From assembly GCA_030264375.1 (NCBI GenBank), contig JASCQW010000099.1, positions 25,665,595-25,729,594 of the forward strand: a stretch of 64,000 bases of DNA, in the 5' to 3' direction. Under the pieces are notes generated by a model. The model worked only from the letters and a program-made list of their open reading frames with translations. It searched no databases and was not told the DNA's origin. Position numbers and translations under genes: made by a program. Numbering within the stretch: the first letter of the stretch is position 1; each line of letters begins with the position of its first letter. The DNA is from Carcharhinus longimanus. Taxonomy: Eukaryota. Positions 1-11,699 of this stretch are shown in pieces.

Positions 1-695
1 GTAAGAGCTAGACAAAAGGACTATGAAAATACAATTTTTACAATTATGTTAGAAGAAAAGAGGTTATTCAGTAGTAACGTGGACCCTTTTAATACTGGTG
101 ATATCAATGAATGTTTTTTTAAAAATTGATGAACATGCTAAATAATTACTTTGTATCAACACTGGGAGTGATGAAACAAGTCAGCACACCAGACATCCCA
201 AAGAAACTAACACCGAGTCAGGGTGTGCGCAGAATCACAAGAATTGTTGCTGTGCAGGAGGCCATTTGCTGAGGGGCTTACGCCCTTTTCGCACTTACTA
301 GAACCTCTCCGTTCTAATACCATCGTTCATTAACAGATCCACCTCCCCACCATCTTCTAATTTCCCAGCCTTCCTAAATGTCACGTAACCGTCAGTATTC
401 AGGTACCAATCTATATTATCCTGCAGCTATGTCTCTGTAATGGCTATCAAATCGTACTTATTTATTTCTGTTTGTATTCTGTTTGTGTTTTGTTCTGAAT
501 ATTACACTAATTCAGATACAGAACCTTTAGTTTTGTCCTTTTTATTATTTTTATACCTCTAGCCTGAATTGCTAATTTAGATTTGTACTCCCTTCCTGTC
601 ATGGTCTGTTTATATTTCTCAGATTAATATCTTTCTCACTTATCTTGATCCACCACATCTTTCCTGGTCCCCACTATTTAGTTTAACGCCCTCGC

Positions 696-990
696 TAGAA
701 TCATAGAATCCCTGCCGTGCAGAAGGAGGCTTTTTGGCCTATCAAGCCTGCATCCACAACTATCCCACCCAGAATGTATCACCGTAACCCCAAGTATTTA
801 CCTTGTTAATCCCCCTGACATTAAGAGGCAATTTAGCTTGACCAATCAGCCTAACCCACACAGCTTTGGACTGAGAGGGGAAAGTGGAGGAAACCCATGC
901 TGATACCGGGAGAATGTGCAAACTCCACGCTGTAACCCAAAATCGAAATTGAACCCTGGTCCCTGGCGCTGTAAGGCAGCTGTGCCACCC
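696..990 (-). mobile_element. HE1-type tRNA-derived shark SINE
   Basis: Reverse complement of the ggtggcacag head, gagtttgcacattctccc core and CR1-like gattctatgattcta tail, shared with other copies in the window. Confidence 0.85.
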
Positions 991-1883
991 TCTACTTCCC
1001 TAATTATGCAGCTCTCTATCACAATGGCCCCAGCATGGTTAAAGTACAGACTGTTCCAATAGTACAATCCCCACTTCACCTGTACTGGTTATTACCATCC
1101 CACAAACCAGCCTCTGTGCGCTATTCATTTCTCTAATTTCATGTACCTGATGTCAATTTGTACATGGCTTGGGTAACAATCCAGAGATTAGTACCTTTTG
1201 AACTCTGCTTTCTAATTTAGCTCCTAGCTGCTCATACTCTGTATGCAGATCCTCTTTCCTAGTTCTAACTATGTTGTTGGTATATACATGGACTGTAACC
1301 ACTGTATCTTCCCCCTTGCACTGCAAGTTCCTCTCAAGCCCTAAGCATATACCCCCAAACCCTGGCACTGGGCAGGCAGCACAGCCATTTGGACTCTCGT
1401 TCTTTGCTGCAGTAAACAATGTCAGTACCTCTCATTATACCCTCCACTGCTCCCACTAAATTCCATTTTGCTGTCCCCACTTGGCTCTCTGTATCATGGT
1501 GCCATAGTCAATTTGCTCATCCATTCTGCAGCCTCCACCTTCAATCAGACAAACTGAGAAAATTTCAAACCCCCTCGGGCAATTGCAAAAGCTTCTACAC
1601 ACCTGCCCTCTGGGTTTCTTACCTTTTCTCACTCACAGTCACACCCTCCTCTCCCTGATTACTGACCAAATCAGAAAACTGTATTCTAAGTTGTGTGATT
1701 GCCTCCTCGTACAACGCATCCGTGTAAGCTCTCTTTATTCTCTCTCTATCCCGGACTGCTGTACTTTTGCACAACGTTCAGCAATGTATGATTGTAATTA
1801 TCTGTGATAAAATGGATGTACAATACAAGAGGAATGTTGCTGTGTTTCTGCTTCCATACACTAATTTTTCTATTTTTGCCCAG

Positions 1884-2137
1884 TTGTGCTGTCCAGCGAC
1901 GATGAAGAAGAAGAAGATGATAATGCCAGTACTGGAAGTAGCAGAATGGACAGTGTTCATTCTGCTGGTAGAACTACTGACCCTGCAAGTCTTTCTCCTG
2001 TACCCTCCAGTAGACCCTTAGATCCTGTCCCAGAGGAGCCTCTTGATGGAAACGCAGCTGAAAATACTTCTGAAAAGACTTTCACAGAAGTAGAATCTAC
2101 AGCCACGTTGCCACGAAAGGCAAAGATGAAAGACAAG
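1884..2137 (+). CDS. SENP6: SENP6 coding exon (first in window; upstream exons lie outside): (I)VLSSDDEEEE...TATLPRKAKMKDK
   Basis: Pyrimidine tract + cag at 1881-1883; donor aag|gtaatg at 2138. Peptide resembles vertebrate SENP6 IILSSDDDDD...TVTLPRKARMKDQ (SIM-like hydrophobic + acidic motif). Confidence 0.92.
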
Positions 2138-3937
2138 GTAATGCAGCACAAAGCTCCAGATATCCTGTAGGGTTTTGCATGTGAAACAAAGAAAAAAAAG
2201 ACGAATTTGAATAGCCTCTTTCACAACCCCAGGATTTGCTAAAACGTTTACAACTACTTATACACTTAGTATAGAAACTACTTCAATGGAAACACAGTAG
2301 TTAATTTGAAAACAGCAATGTGACAGTAACATATATACCGTTTTTCGTGGTTTTTTTGATGATTATTATTCAAGATGCAATAGAGAAATCCCTTGTTTTT
2401 CAAGATTGTGTAATGGGATCTTTTGACTTGGTAAGGCTGCTATCATTGAACAATGGCTGACACCGTTCTCAAAACTTTATTTTCGTTCAGTCAGGTTTGT
2501 CCTAAAATCTATTCACGATGAAGAGCATCAAAGGAGAAATGTTTACCTTTCACATTTTAAATGCATGATTTCCTTAACATTCAAGTTGACAGCTAACTTG
2601 ATCAGTCATTGGAAATAGAATAATTAATGCTTTGTTGAGGGGAGTAAAATTGAGTGGCATGGTGTCACTGTTCATGGTGGAGTAACAAACCAAAAGAATT
2701 TGCTGCATTTCTGAACTTGAGACTTCTCCCATTCATTTTGTATAAAGTACTGAGGGGCATTTTGTTTTTTCCAGTAAGTTATCTCAGTAAGTTGGTGTCA
2801 GACTGAGGGACATCTTGAATTGACTTGAAAGGATATTGGGGACGGAGCGGGAATGGATCCGGCTGTCCTTATCCATGTTGAAACTATCAACATTGGTAAG
2901 GGCAGACAGGAGGAAGAATTTAGAGAGAAACACTAGCTAGGGTAGAGCCCTAGTGTAGAGGATAACTAGGGCCGGTCATTCGGACTTTGACCTAGTAAGT
3001 AGTAAAGGAGAACCTGAGTTCAACAAGTAGAAGGAATAATGATAAGAAAACAAATGAAAGGGAAGAGAGTAGGTAGATAGATTCTTGATTGGTATGGGGA
3101 TCAAAGGTTGCAGGGAAAAGGTGGGAAACTGGGGTTAAGAAACTTTATCAGCCATGACTGAATGATGGAGCAGATTCAATGGGCTGAATAGCCTAATTCT
3201 GCTCCTATATTTTATCTTAAGGTCCTATGAAGTGCAGTAACAGTCAGCAATTGTGCAATAGGCACTATAGGACACCTATAAAGAGCTGACATAGATTCAT
3301 TGTCATGGAGCAATATGGCACGAAAACAGGCCCTTCATCCCAATTGATACCTGCTGTCTGTGATGCCCCCCAGCTATTGGATGGGCAAAATGGCACAGCA
3401 GGAGGACATTATGATAAATTATTTCTGTTTGTTGGGTAGTCTAGGATTAGGGGCAAGGTATAAAAATTAGAGTCGCAGCTTTCAGGAAACATTTGCGCAT
3501 ACAATTTGTCCAAGTTTGAACTTGGGTCTGTAAACGACAATTGATGCTAGATCAGTTGGTTTGAAGTCTGAAATTGATATATTTTAATTAACCAAGGTTA
3601 ATAAGAATATGGACCAAAAGTGCGTGGTATGTCTGTGGAGTTAGATCACTGATCATAATGAATGGCAGTGAAATAGCTTGAGGAGCTAAATGGCCCCTCC
3701 TGTTCTCATTTTTATATAAACCATGACATAATTATTTTAATCGAAATACATCTTGTAAACAGTTTGAAAAAAAAACTTCATAATTTATATAGTGATTTCG
3801 TGATCCTCCTGCTGCGATCCCCTCCCCCCCAACTAAACAGTTTATTTGTGTAAGCGTCAATAAATTTTTAAATCTTTTCCATAAAAGATAAGTTTTAGCT
3901 TTAACTTGCCATGATGGAGGTGTATTCCACAAAAGAG

Positions 3938-4038
3938 ATGTCAAGGAAATAATTGAACTTTTAAGTTTGACACTTTGAAATTGATCTCCTTTTGAAAGAA
4001 ATCTAAGAAGAGACCTAATATCCCTCTCTGAGAGAATT
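3938..4038 (+). repeat. Copy 1 of a ~100-nt duplicated intronic module
   Basis: Aligns to 4702-4805: 34/36 identical in the 5' block, 28/33 in the 3' block; central 3981-4005 is the exact reverse complement of 4748-4772. Confidence 0.95.
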
Positions 4039-4701
4039 GAAAGGAAGGTGAAGCTGTCTTTCCCAGAAATATTCACATTGCTCAGAGTTAGGTCAGGACC
4101 CAGCTCCAGAGATATGCGATCTCTGCCTGTTGCCATGGTTTCTTTTGTACTCTTTCTTTCTGTTGTGATTGTTTGTGATTTCCTCTTGAATTGAATACCC
4201 ACATGAAATGAAGTTCTTTAAAAATTCCCTTAGTACATTTATTTGGGATGATATTTTCAAGAGCAAAGTAATTTTTTTTACTGCTATTTTACACTTTTCA
4301 ATCTTTTATAACTTTGGTTTCTTTTTTAATTGAAGCATTTTATTAATTAAAAGTCACGCTCAGCGTGTTTTACTTTGCATGAAATATATATATTGAGTGA
4401 TCTGTTCATGTAATTAACAGTTTGGTTCCAGGCTTATATTTTAAATGGCTATGCATTTACTTTCATAACTCCTCTTCCACTTGTCTGTTTAAAGTATAAA
4501 ACTAACTTTCAAATTGAATGCAACTTTCCAAGTTATTTCTTTCTCATTTTTTTATTCTTCATGTACAGTTCAGTTTGCTGCCAGTCCAGTGAATAAAATT
4601 ACAACACATTGTGACTTTGAGCCTTTTATTTGAAAGGTGGATGGGTCATCATTTCTGATCTGCATGGAAAGGTCACTACATTTCCTGGTTCTGGACAGTT
4701 T

Positions 4702-4805
4702 ATGCCAAGGAGATAATTGAACTTTTAAGTTTGACACCATAGTGAAATAGATTTCTTTCAAAAGGAGATCAAAGAAGGGACTTGCTATCCCTCTCTGAGG
4801 GAATT
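4702..4805 (+). repeat. Copy 2 of the duplicated intronic module
   Basis: Same alignment as for copy 1 (3938-4038). Confidence 0.95.
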
Positions 4806-6327
4806 ATTTTTACAACCAGTTTTCCAAATATTCTTCCTATTACTGTTTTCTCGTAAATGAAGTTAGTTCTTGCGTTAATTTATGAATCTCTAGTTTGTGT
4901 GATATTTCTCATTTCGAAAACATTAGTAACATTGTTCATTAATTAAAGCAAGTAAGATAATTGTTAGCTCCTGGGGCAGTTCTGTGAGGGCACGTGAATG
5001 TAAAAATTCCAAATCATAGGAACACTGCTCAGGCTACAGGAATCGATCTTGAAAATACAAAGTGCTGGAAAGAAAGTACATACCACACCCTGAAAGTTGG
5101 GCTACTGGCACAAGTGTTGTGACAGGAGTGGTGCACAGTTCTTCTGGCTCCTTCGCAAGGGAAAGAGGCTTGCCTCTATATCTTGGGAAGAATATGTTGC
5201 CCATGGAAGGAAATACTATGTAGACTTACCAGAATGATATTGGAGCACAGAGGGTTAAATTATGTAGACATGTTGAATAAATTTGGCCTGATTATAGAAG
5301 GTCAAGGGTTGATGTGAGTGAGCTGCTTAAAAAGTTAAAGGAATGTATAGGGTAATTACAGGGAAATCATTTCCTCCGATGGTGAAATCAAGAATGAGAG
5401 AATGTAAAATTAAAAGTAGAACTCTGCCATTTAGGAGGAAAATCACATGTGTCTCTTCACATAAACAATAGTAGAAATCTGGAATTCTCTTCTTTGGCAG
5501 GCTGAAGATACTGGGACAATTTGAACTTTTAAGACCAAAATTGCTTGGTCTTTTGTGAGTCAGGGTATACAGCGTTCAGGCAGGTAAACATAGTTAAGGT
5601 ACAATGGTGGAGCATGATTAGCAGTATGAAGTCCATATTTTCCCAGACTTCAGGACATTTACGTTTCCAAATCAATACTTTGAACACTAATTCCAAACGT
5701 TTGGGATGATCAGGATGTATATCAGCAGCATCTGAAATATAAGTAACAGTTGTGCTGCGTTTATTTCATTCACACATATTCATCCTCAAGAAGGTGAGAT
5801 ATCCTCACGCAGATACGTATAATCCACTTCCATTTGGCTTCTGTGTGTTTTGCAGCACCCACCGAGCTCAAGAAAGAAGTTATGAAATGCCATAAATAAA
5901 ATGTAAGATTTTGATTGAAATTAGTAATTGATCCCTTTAAAGGATGAATTCTAAAGTTTTGTTGAAATCAAATTAAACCTGATAATATGGACATTGCCAA
6001 GTTGTAGTTCTAGTTTTCCCCATACAAGTTGCAAGAAGTATTTTATCTTCACTGCAGTGATAGTGGCATGAAGTTCAATTCCTCTACCATGTACAAGTGG
6101 CTGATTGAAGCTGGTGAACAAGGTCTCAAGACACTTTAATGATGCAAATCAAATCTTTAACCATCAGACTCTGCAGGAAGCAACAAGGCTTCATTTTCAC
6201 TTCAAAGTACCTATTTGTTCCTAACTTGTTTTCTTGATGAAACCAAATTTGCTTCAAGTCTAAAGTTTTCTGAACACAAATATTCTGTTTTTTTCATGCA
6301 TTTAAAAACTCTCTCTTCATTTTACAG

Positions 6328-6498
6328 TTTGGAAATTCTTATCATGAAGCAGCAGGCAAAAAAAGAAAACTTGAAGTTGCTCAGTCACATGCAGATGCTC
6401 TTAATTCTCAAGTGGAAAATGGCTGTGAAAGTATTATTCTCAAGTGCCGAAGTATACGAATAGGAAGCTTTCGTGCAACAGTATTGGAACCCGTTATT
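6328..6498 (+). CDS. SENP6: SENP6 exon: FGNSYHEAAGKKRKL...ESIILKCRSIRIGSFRATVLEPVI
   Basis: tttacag| acceptor, |gtaagt donor, 171 nt phase 0-0; matches SENP6 FGNS...SVILNCRSIRVG...EPVI. Confidence 0.95.
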
Positions 6499-8186
6499 GT
6501 AAGTGCGGTCATGGAAGTTTCCATTTCGATTCACTTTTTTTTTTGTTGCCAATTACAATGTAGCTTCTTTGTAGGGAGAGGGATAATGAGTTAGAAGCAC
6601 CGCCCCTTCTGGTGACAAGCAAATACTTGCCCAGGTTGCAGACGGCTGCCGCTGTATTATATTAAAATATATTTAGAATCCTTGCAGTGTGAATGCCATC
6701 CACTCAGTACCTAGTGAGGTCAAAGGCCAGTGTTGTGTACAGGTCAAGTAATTGATTTGGAGCTAAGGTTGAACTTTGCTACCAACTAGAAGAGGCAAGG
6801 TGGGAGGGAAATGGTAGAGGGAGGCTAGGAAGGGTACTGAGTACTCAGTTTGTAAATGACGTACTTTTGGAGTGCAGGCACAGTTCTATAGCAATTGTGC
6901 ATGCAATATCCAACAAACAGCAATATGATGATGACCAGACATCATGTTGGTTGAACGCTTAATGTTGGCCAGGGTGCTGGGAAAAACTCCACGGCCACAT
7001 CAAAATGCTGCCATAACAATAACATCTGTCATTGGGATGAAGTTTCTGGGAATACCAATCTTTGGAGATCAATCCACAGAACCTTGTGATTTATTCAGTC
7101 AAATACTTTGTTCAGGTCAACGAATGCAATGAAGAGTTCCTGATCTCAATATTTTCATGGATTTCTCTGACAAAATTGATTCATGTCGGAGGTTCCTGTG
7201 GAAGATCTGAAGTCACACTATCTCAGCTAATTTCCATTGGAAGTAGGCGATTCAGGAGAATGCATGTCAGGAGATCCCCCTCCCATGGACAGGAAGGAAA
7301 TGCCTCAATAGTTTCCACACCTTGATTTACCTCCCTTCTTGAAGATAATTGAGTGTCACTTTCATGAAATCCCTGGAATTATTTTTCCTCCCAAAATTCA
7401 TCAGATGAGTGCATGAAGTTTTGATGTGTGCAGAAAACCCCAGCTGGAATATCCTTGGATACCACTCGTTCTTCACATGTGATTGCTTGTTGCAGTTCTC
7501 CTTTGACGGTGGCTCACCAATGGATTCTACAACAGGTAATGGAAGATAGCCTGAAAGTATCAGGTGTCATTGTGGATTCACGATTTGTTCAAAATGTTCT
7601 TTCCTGTGTGGATGAATGGCATTGGCATCCTTAAAAAGAGAAACTCCGTCCTGTGACTGAAGGGGATTTTATCCATTTGACCTTGGTCTATAGATGAAGC
7701 ATGTGGTTCCAAAAAGGCTTGGCATGTCATAATGGTTTGTATGTTGTTCAATCTCTTCTTTTCCTACTACCTGTCCTTTCTATTTCTCTTTCCCACAACC
7801 TGTCCTTTCCCTTTCTGATTGGTCTTATGCATCGATTCTGTGAAATTAGAGAGATGTGAGAAGCTGGGAGGTGACAAGACTTTGCATCAGAATCCAAACA
7901 TTGAAACTGACGTGAAGAGAAATCATGATGGAACCATGGAGAAAATATTCCAAATCCTTAGCAACTGGGCCTTTTGGAGGCTCCAACTAGTGGGTGTAGG
8001 CGAGTGCACACAAGTCCGAGGGCCCAGCATTAGCTGTTTGTTTAATAATAGGAAACCTCATTGAACTGTTTGCTGAAAATATGACAGTGGGTAAATTTCT
8101 AATTCAAACGGTGCCACCTAAAGAAGTGTGTGGCTTTTTATTTTAATTTAGATTAAGGTTTCATTTGAAGAAAATAAATGAGCTTT

Positions 8187-9002
8187 TGTGATGATATTGT
8201 GCTATTTTGTTTTGTTTAAGGGCGGACTGCTTTAAGAGGCAGTGTTTTATTACAAATAGTTTGTCTTGCAGGAATGCAGAGGTGCTGAAAAAGCAGGATA
8301 ATTCATCATTTTAACCATTTCAGTGTTTATTTTGCAAGAGGTTTAATGGAGTGTTTTTTGTTTAAAGTAATAGAAGGTAAGTTAGGTATACTGGGACAGA
8401 GTCATGTGATATTAGGTTAGTGAAAGGCCTGTAGCAGAGAATCAGTGTCACTTTCATTTTTTAACAAAGAGCAGTTGCTGCCTGGAGCTGGCAGAATAAA
8501 GAGGTAGTCCTGTGCTCTCCAAAAGTTTTCTGAGAGCTTCAGGGTTGTTAACCCAAGGCAAAGCCCATATGCCTGGATTTGCTAACTAGTTTTCAAGTGG
8601 AGTTAGAGATCTTCTGCAAGCTGCTGAATCTCATTCAATCTCTTTGAAAGCTCCAAGATTATTAGCAAATGTTGAAGCGAGTATACACATGTTTTGTTAA
8701 CAATATTTAAAGTGTATTTTAGGAGAAATAATGCTTAATTGGAACTGATATAGTGATAAGTTAGAATGTGGAATCATTTCCTTTCGTTTTAAGTATTGTT
8801 CAACTGTTAAAGGTTAAGATTCTTTTGTTATAGTTAAACTGTGTTGTTAAGTACAGTTTGTTTTGATAAAAGTTCCTTAGTTTGTCAGTATAATCATGCC
8901 GGAAGTGAAGCATTCTATCCTCACGTTTATGCCAAAATAGAGAAATTGTTGGGTCTAGTCTGGCTTCACATATTGTTGGGGTTCTGATCTGGCACAGTAA
9001 CA
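8187..9002. mobile_element. Solo LTR (probably Ty3/Gypsy type), 816 bp
   Basis: Begins TGTGATG, ends GTAACA (TG...CA), flanked by 4-bp direct repeat CTTT (8183-8186, 9003-9006); no ORF. Confidence 0.7.
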
Positions 9003-9127
9003 CTTTATTCAATTGCTGTTATTTCAAGAAGACCTTTGTTGTAGTTTTATTAAATTTTTACTGATGTTGTTTAACAGTTGCTAATGCTGGATTTGTAAAG
9101 ACTAAAAGCAGATTTTTCTTCTTTCAG

Positions 9128-9161
9128 TTCAGTCTAGACTTCATCAAGGTCAGTATGGGAG
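9128..9161 (+). CDS. SENP6: SENP6 34-nt micro-exon: FSLDFIKVSMG
   Basis: ttttcttctttcag| acceptor, g|gtaagt donor; resembles SENP6 FCLDFIKIQLD; needed to join the phases of the flanking exons. Confidence 0.9.
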
Positions 9162-10248
9162 GTAAGTGTATTCAATTAATTCCTAAAATTGCAAATCAGT
9201 GGACTGTAAAGTTGGGGTCCAAACATTCAGCCTCCATATCAATTTGGGAACAAAAATAGAGCTAGAATGGGCAAAAAAGTTGTTTAAAACTATTTCCTTA
9301 AAATCCAATTTGGAAAACTTTTAAGTTTAAACCTTCATGTTGGAGTTGATGTTTCTTGATGCTGACGAATTCAGAGTAAAGAGGCTTTCCAGATTTGTAA
9401 ACCACTTTATAAATGCAAAATCTGGCATTTAATAAATCATCTTGTCCTCTTGCGAGGCAAAAATTTGAAAGTAAACTCTAATGTTTGGTTATAAAGGGAG
9501 AACAAAATTACGCCTGAGGTAAATTGTGCCAAAGTTTGTCCTAATGGATCAAAATGTACACCTGCTTTTGTGCTGACTTCCAAATCTGCTCAACGTCCAT
9601 TTTCCAGAAGCCACTTCATGATTTTACTTTTCCTTCCACTCTGTAAATTTCTCTCTCGGAAATGATATTTTGCTGCTTTTTTTCTCTTGTTAACAATTTA
9701 TTTGGTTACTGCAAAGAAAAATTGCTGACGTTGGAACAGTTTTATAGTTAACCTGATAGTAAATGAATTTTGCGTTTGTAGTCTTTTTGCAAAACCTTTT
9801 AGAATACTGCAGACTTGAGTTGAAGGCACTCAAAAATGACCTTCCAGCTTTACAACATTTATTTAAGTCTCTTGATTAAGCATTAGTTAGGTTGTCATCT
9901 GCATGGAGGATTCCCTGTAGACCCTTTCATATTGTAAGTTGATATGAGGAGCGAAATTTGGGAGTCCTTATCTGCTATAGACTGATTACTTTAACAAGAA
10001 CAGTGGATGACATCCAACCGTACTCAACTTTTAACCAAACTGTTGCCATTCAGAAATGCCACGCTGGAGGTCAATCAGATGAAGAGCAATATTAGAGTAC
10101 TTAATGTAGTTTAAATGTCTTCCTTGTTACATTAATGCCATCTGCTTGCTGGCAATTTTTAAATTAAAACCTGAGGAATGGTCTCAGAATTCTGCCCCTT
10201 TTATTCAGTAGAGCTTTACAAGGATTTATGCTGGTATGGTAACTGTAA

Positions 10249-10359
10249 ACACAATAAGAAGCCTCACAACACCAGGTTAAAGCTATGAGACTTAAAGTTG
10301 TAAACTCTGTGAAACTTCTTACCATGTTTACCCCAGTCCTACACCGGCATCTCCACATC
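10249..10359. mobile_element. Short Penelope-like element remnant with 13-bp target duplication
   Basis: ATGGTAACTGTAA at 10236-10248 and 10360-10372; internal acaacaccaggttaaag and ccccagtcc..caccggcatctccacatc motifs shared with the 27611 element. Confidence 0.7.
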
Positions 10360-10820
10360 ATGGTAACTGTAAGCCAGCAAGACTTTAATGGGACAGTGAT
10401 CTTTCGTTTACTCCGTTACTCTGCATTTTTCTTTGTGAGGAATTGCAACGTTATTCAAAGAATATGACATGATTCCAAATCATTATCTTTATTTTCGTGA
10501 TCCCTGACTCTTGCTAATTGGGGAAGTAGTTTGGAGAAGTTGCTGTAAGAGAATGCCAGATGAGCATATATTCAAAATGGTTAAACTGTCAGAACAGCAG
10601 AGTTCATTATGTTAATTGTACTGTTACTCTCATGGACATTGTAAGCACTAGCAAATAACTACTTTTAAATTTAATTCAATGGGACTGGTCTGATAGTTCA
10701 ATTGGAATTCTTGACAGAAATTTTTCTAATTCATTAGCTAAACCAAATCAGTCATACTGTAAATCCACATATGTCCAAAAATGTGACTACAAGAGTCATC
10801 TTTCTTTCTGTCCTTTGCAG

Positions 10821-11000
10821 TGCCGAATGAGTCATCCCAGGAGATAGTTTTAAAAGCCACAGAATTCACTATGTGCGAATGGTGCAGTGCACGCGTATTA
10901 CCAGTACTTTTTCTGCAAATGACAGCTGCTGCTTGCCACAATATCCAGTCATCTCTCAAATTGAACAAAGAGAAGAACTGGTTTGATTCTCAAGGGACCA
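10821..11000 (+). CDS. SENP6: SENP6 exon: VPNESSQEIVLKATEFTMCEWCSARVLPVLFLQ...WFDSQGT
   Basis: ctttgcag| acceptor, |gtaagt donor, 180 nt phase 1-1; CEWC..R.LPV.FLQ motif of SENP6. Confidence 0.95.
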
Positions 11001-11699
11001 GTAAGTATAACCCACTGATTAATTATGTTAACTTGAGAACTTTGACCTTTTATATAAATGTTACTGTACCTGAATATTTGTATCCCTTAATCCTAAATCA
11101 TTCCACCAATGCCACTATGCTTGCTCACTTGTACTGCCTTCTCATCCTCGGAATGGTTAATCTTAATATTCTCATCCTTGCTTTCAAATCCATCCATGGC
11201 CTTCCCCACTGCTCTCCTCATCTCTGTAACCTTCTCCAGCCCTAAAGTTCTTTGTGATATCTGGCCTCTTGCTTATTATTCCACCATTGGTGGCTGAGCA
11301 TTTGATTGCCTGGGTCTTGAATGCTAGAATAGTCGAATTAAATTACTTTGGTGTCTATCTCCACTTCCTCCTCTACGGCATGCCTTTATGTCTACCCACT
11401 ATGACTCGACATTAGTTCACATGATTTTGTCAAATTTTGATTGATAATATGCTGATGAGTTGCTTTGGAATATTGCATTAAAAGTGAGATATTAAAACTG
11501 GTTTTTTTTTGTTGAGTGAGGAATGATAGCCATTTTGTTGAAGTAGAACATCCACTTGCTAATGGTGCTCATTGTGTCTCTACTTCAATTAATTTTCTAA
11601 CCTGAGACAGTTTGAGCTTTTCACCCAATCACAAAGTTACAGCACTGAAAATGCTGGCTCTTTCTATATAGTTTAATCTATTCATCCCATTTCCCTGCT

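Noticed and set aside
3911-4031. Box C/D snoRNA reading of module copy 1 (ATGATGG...CTGA)
   Set aside because: Box C is imperfect, absent from copy 2, no terminal stem, and I recognise no rRNA/snRNA target for the putative guide.
4020-4045. Hammerhead reading of the twin modules (CTGAG.GA and GAA/GAAA motifs)
   Set aside because: Spacing does not fit CUGANGA and no helix I/III with a UH cleavage site can be formed.
3732-4202. 156-aa minus-strand ORF overlapping module copy 1
   Set aside because: Non-ATG start, no recognisable domain, and the frame is not preserved in copy 2; likely chance.
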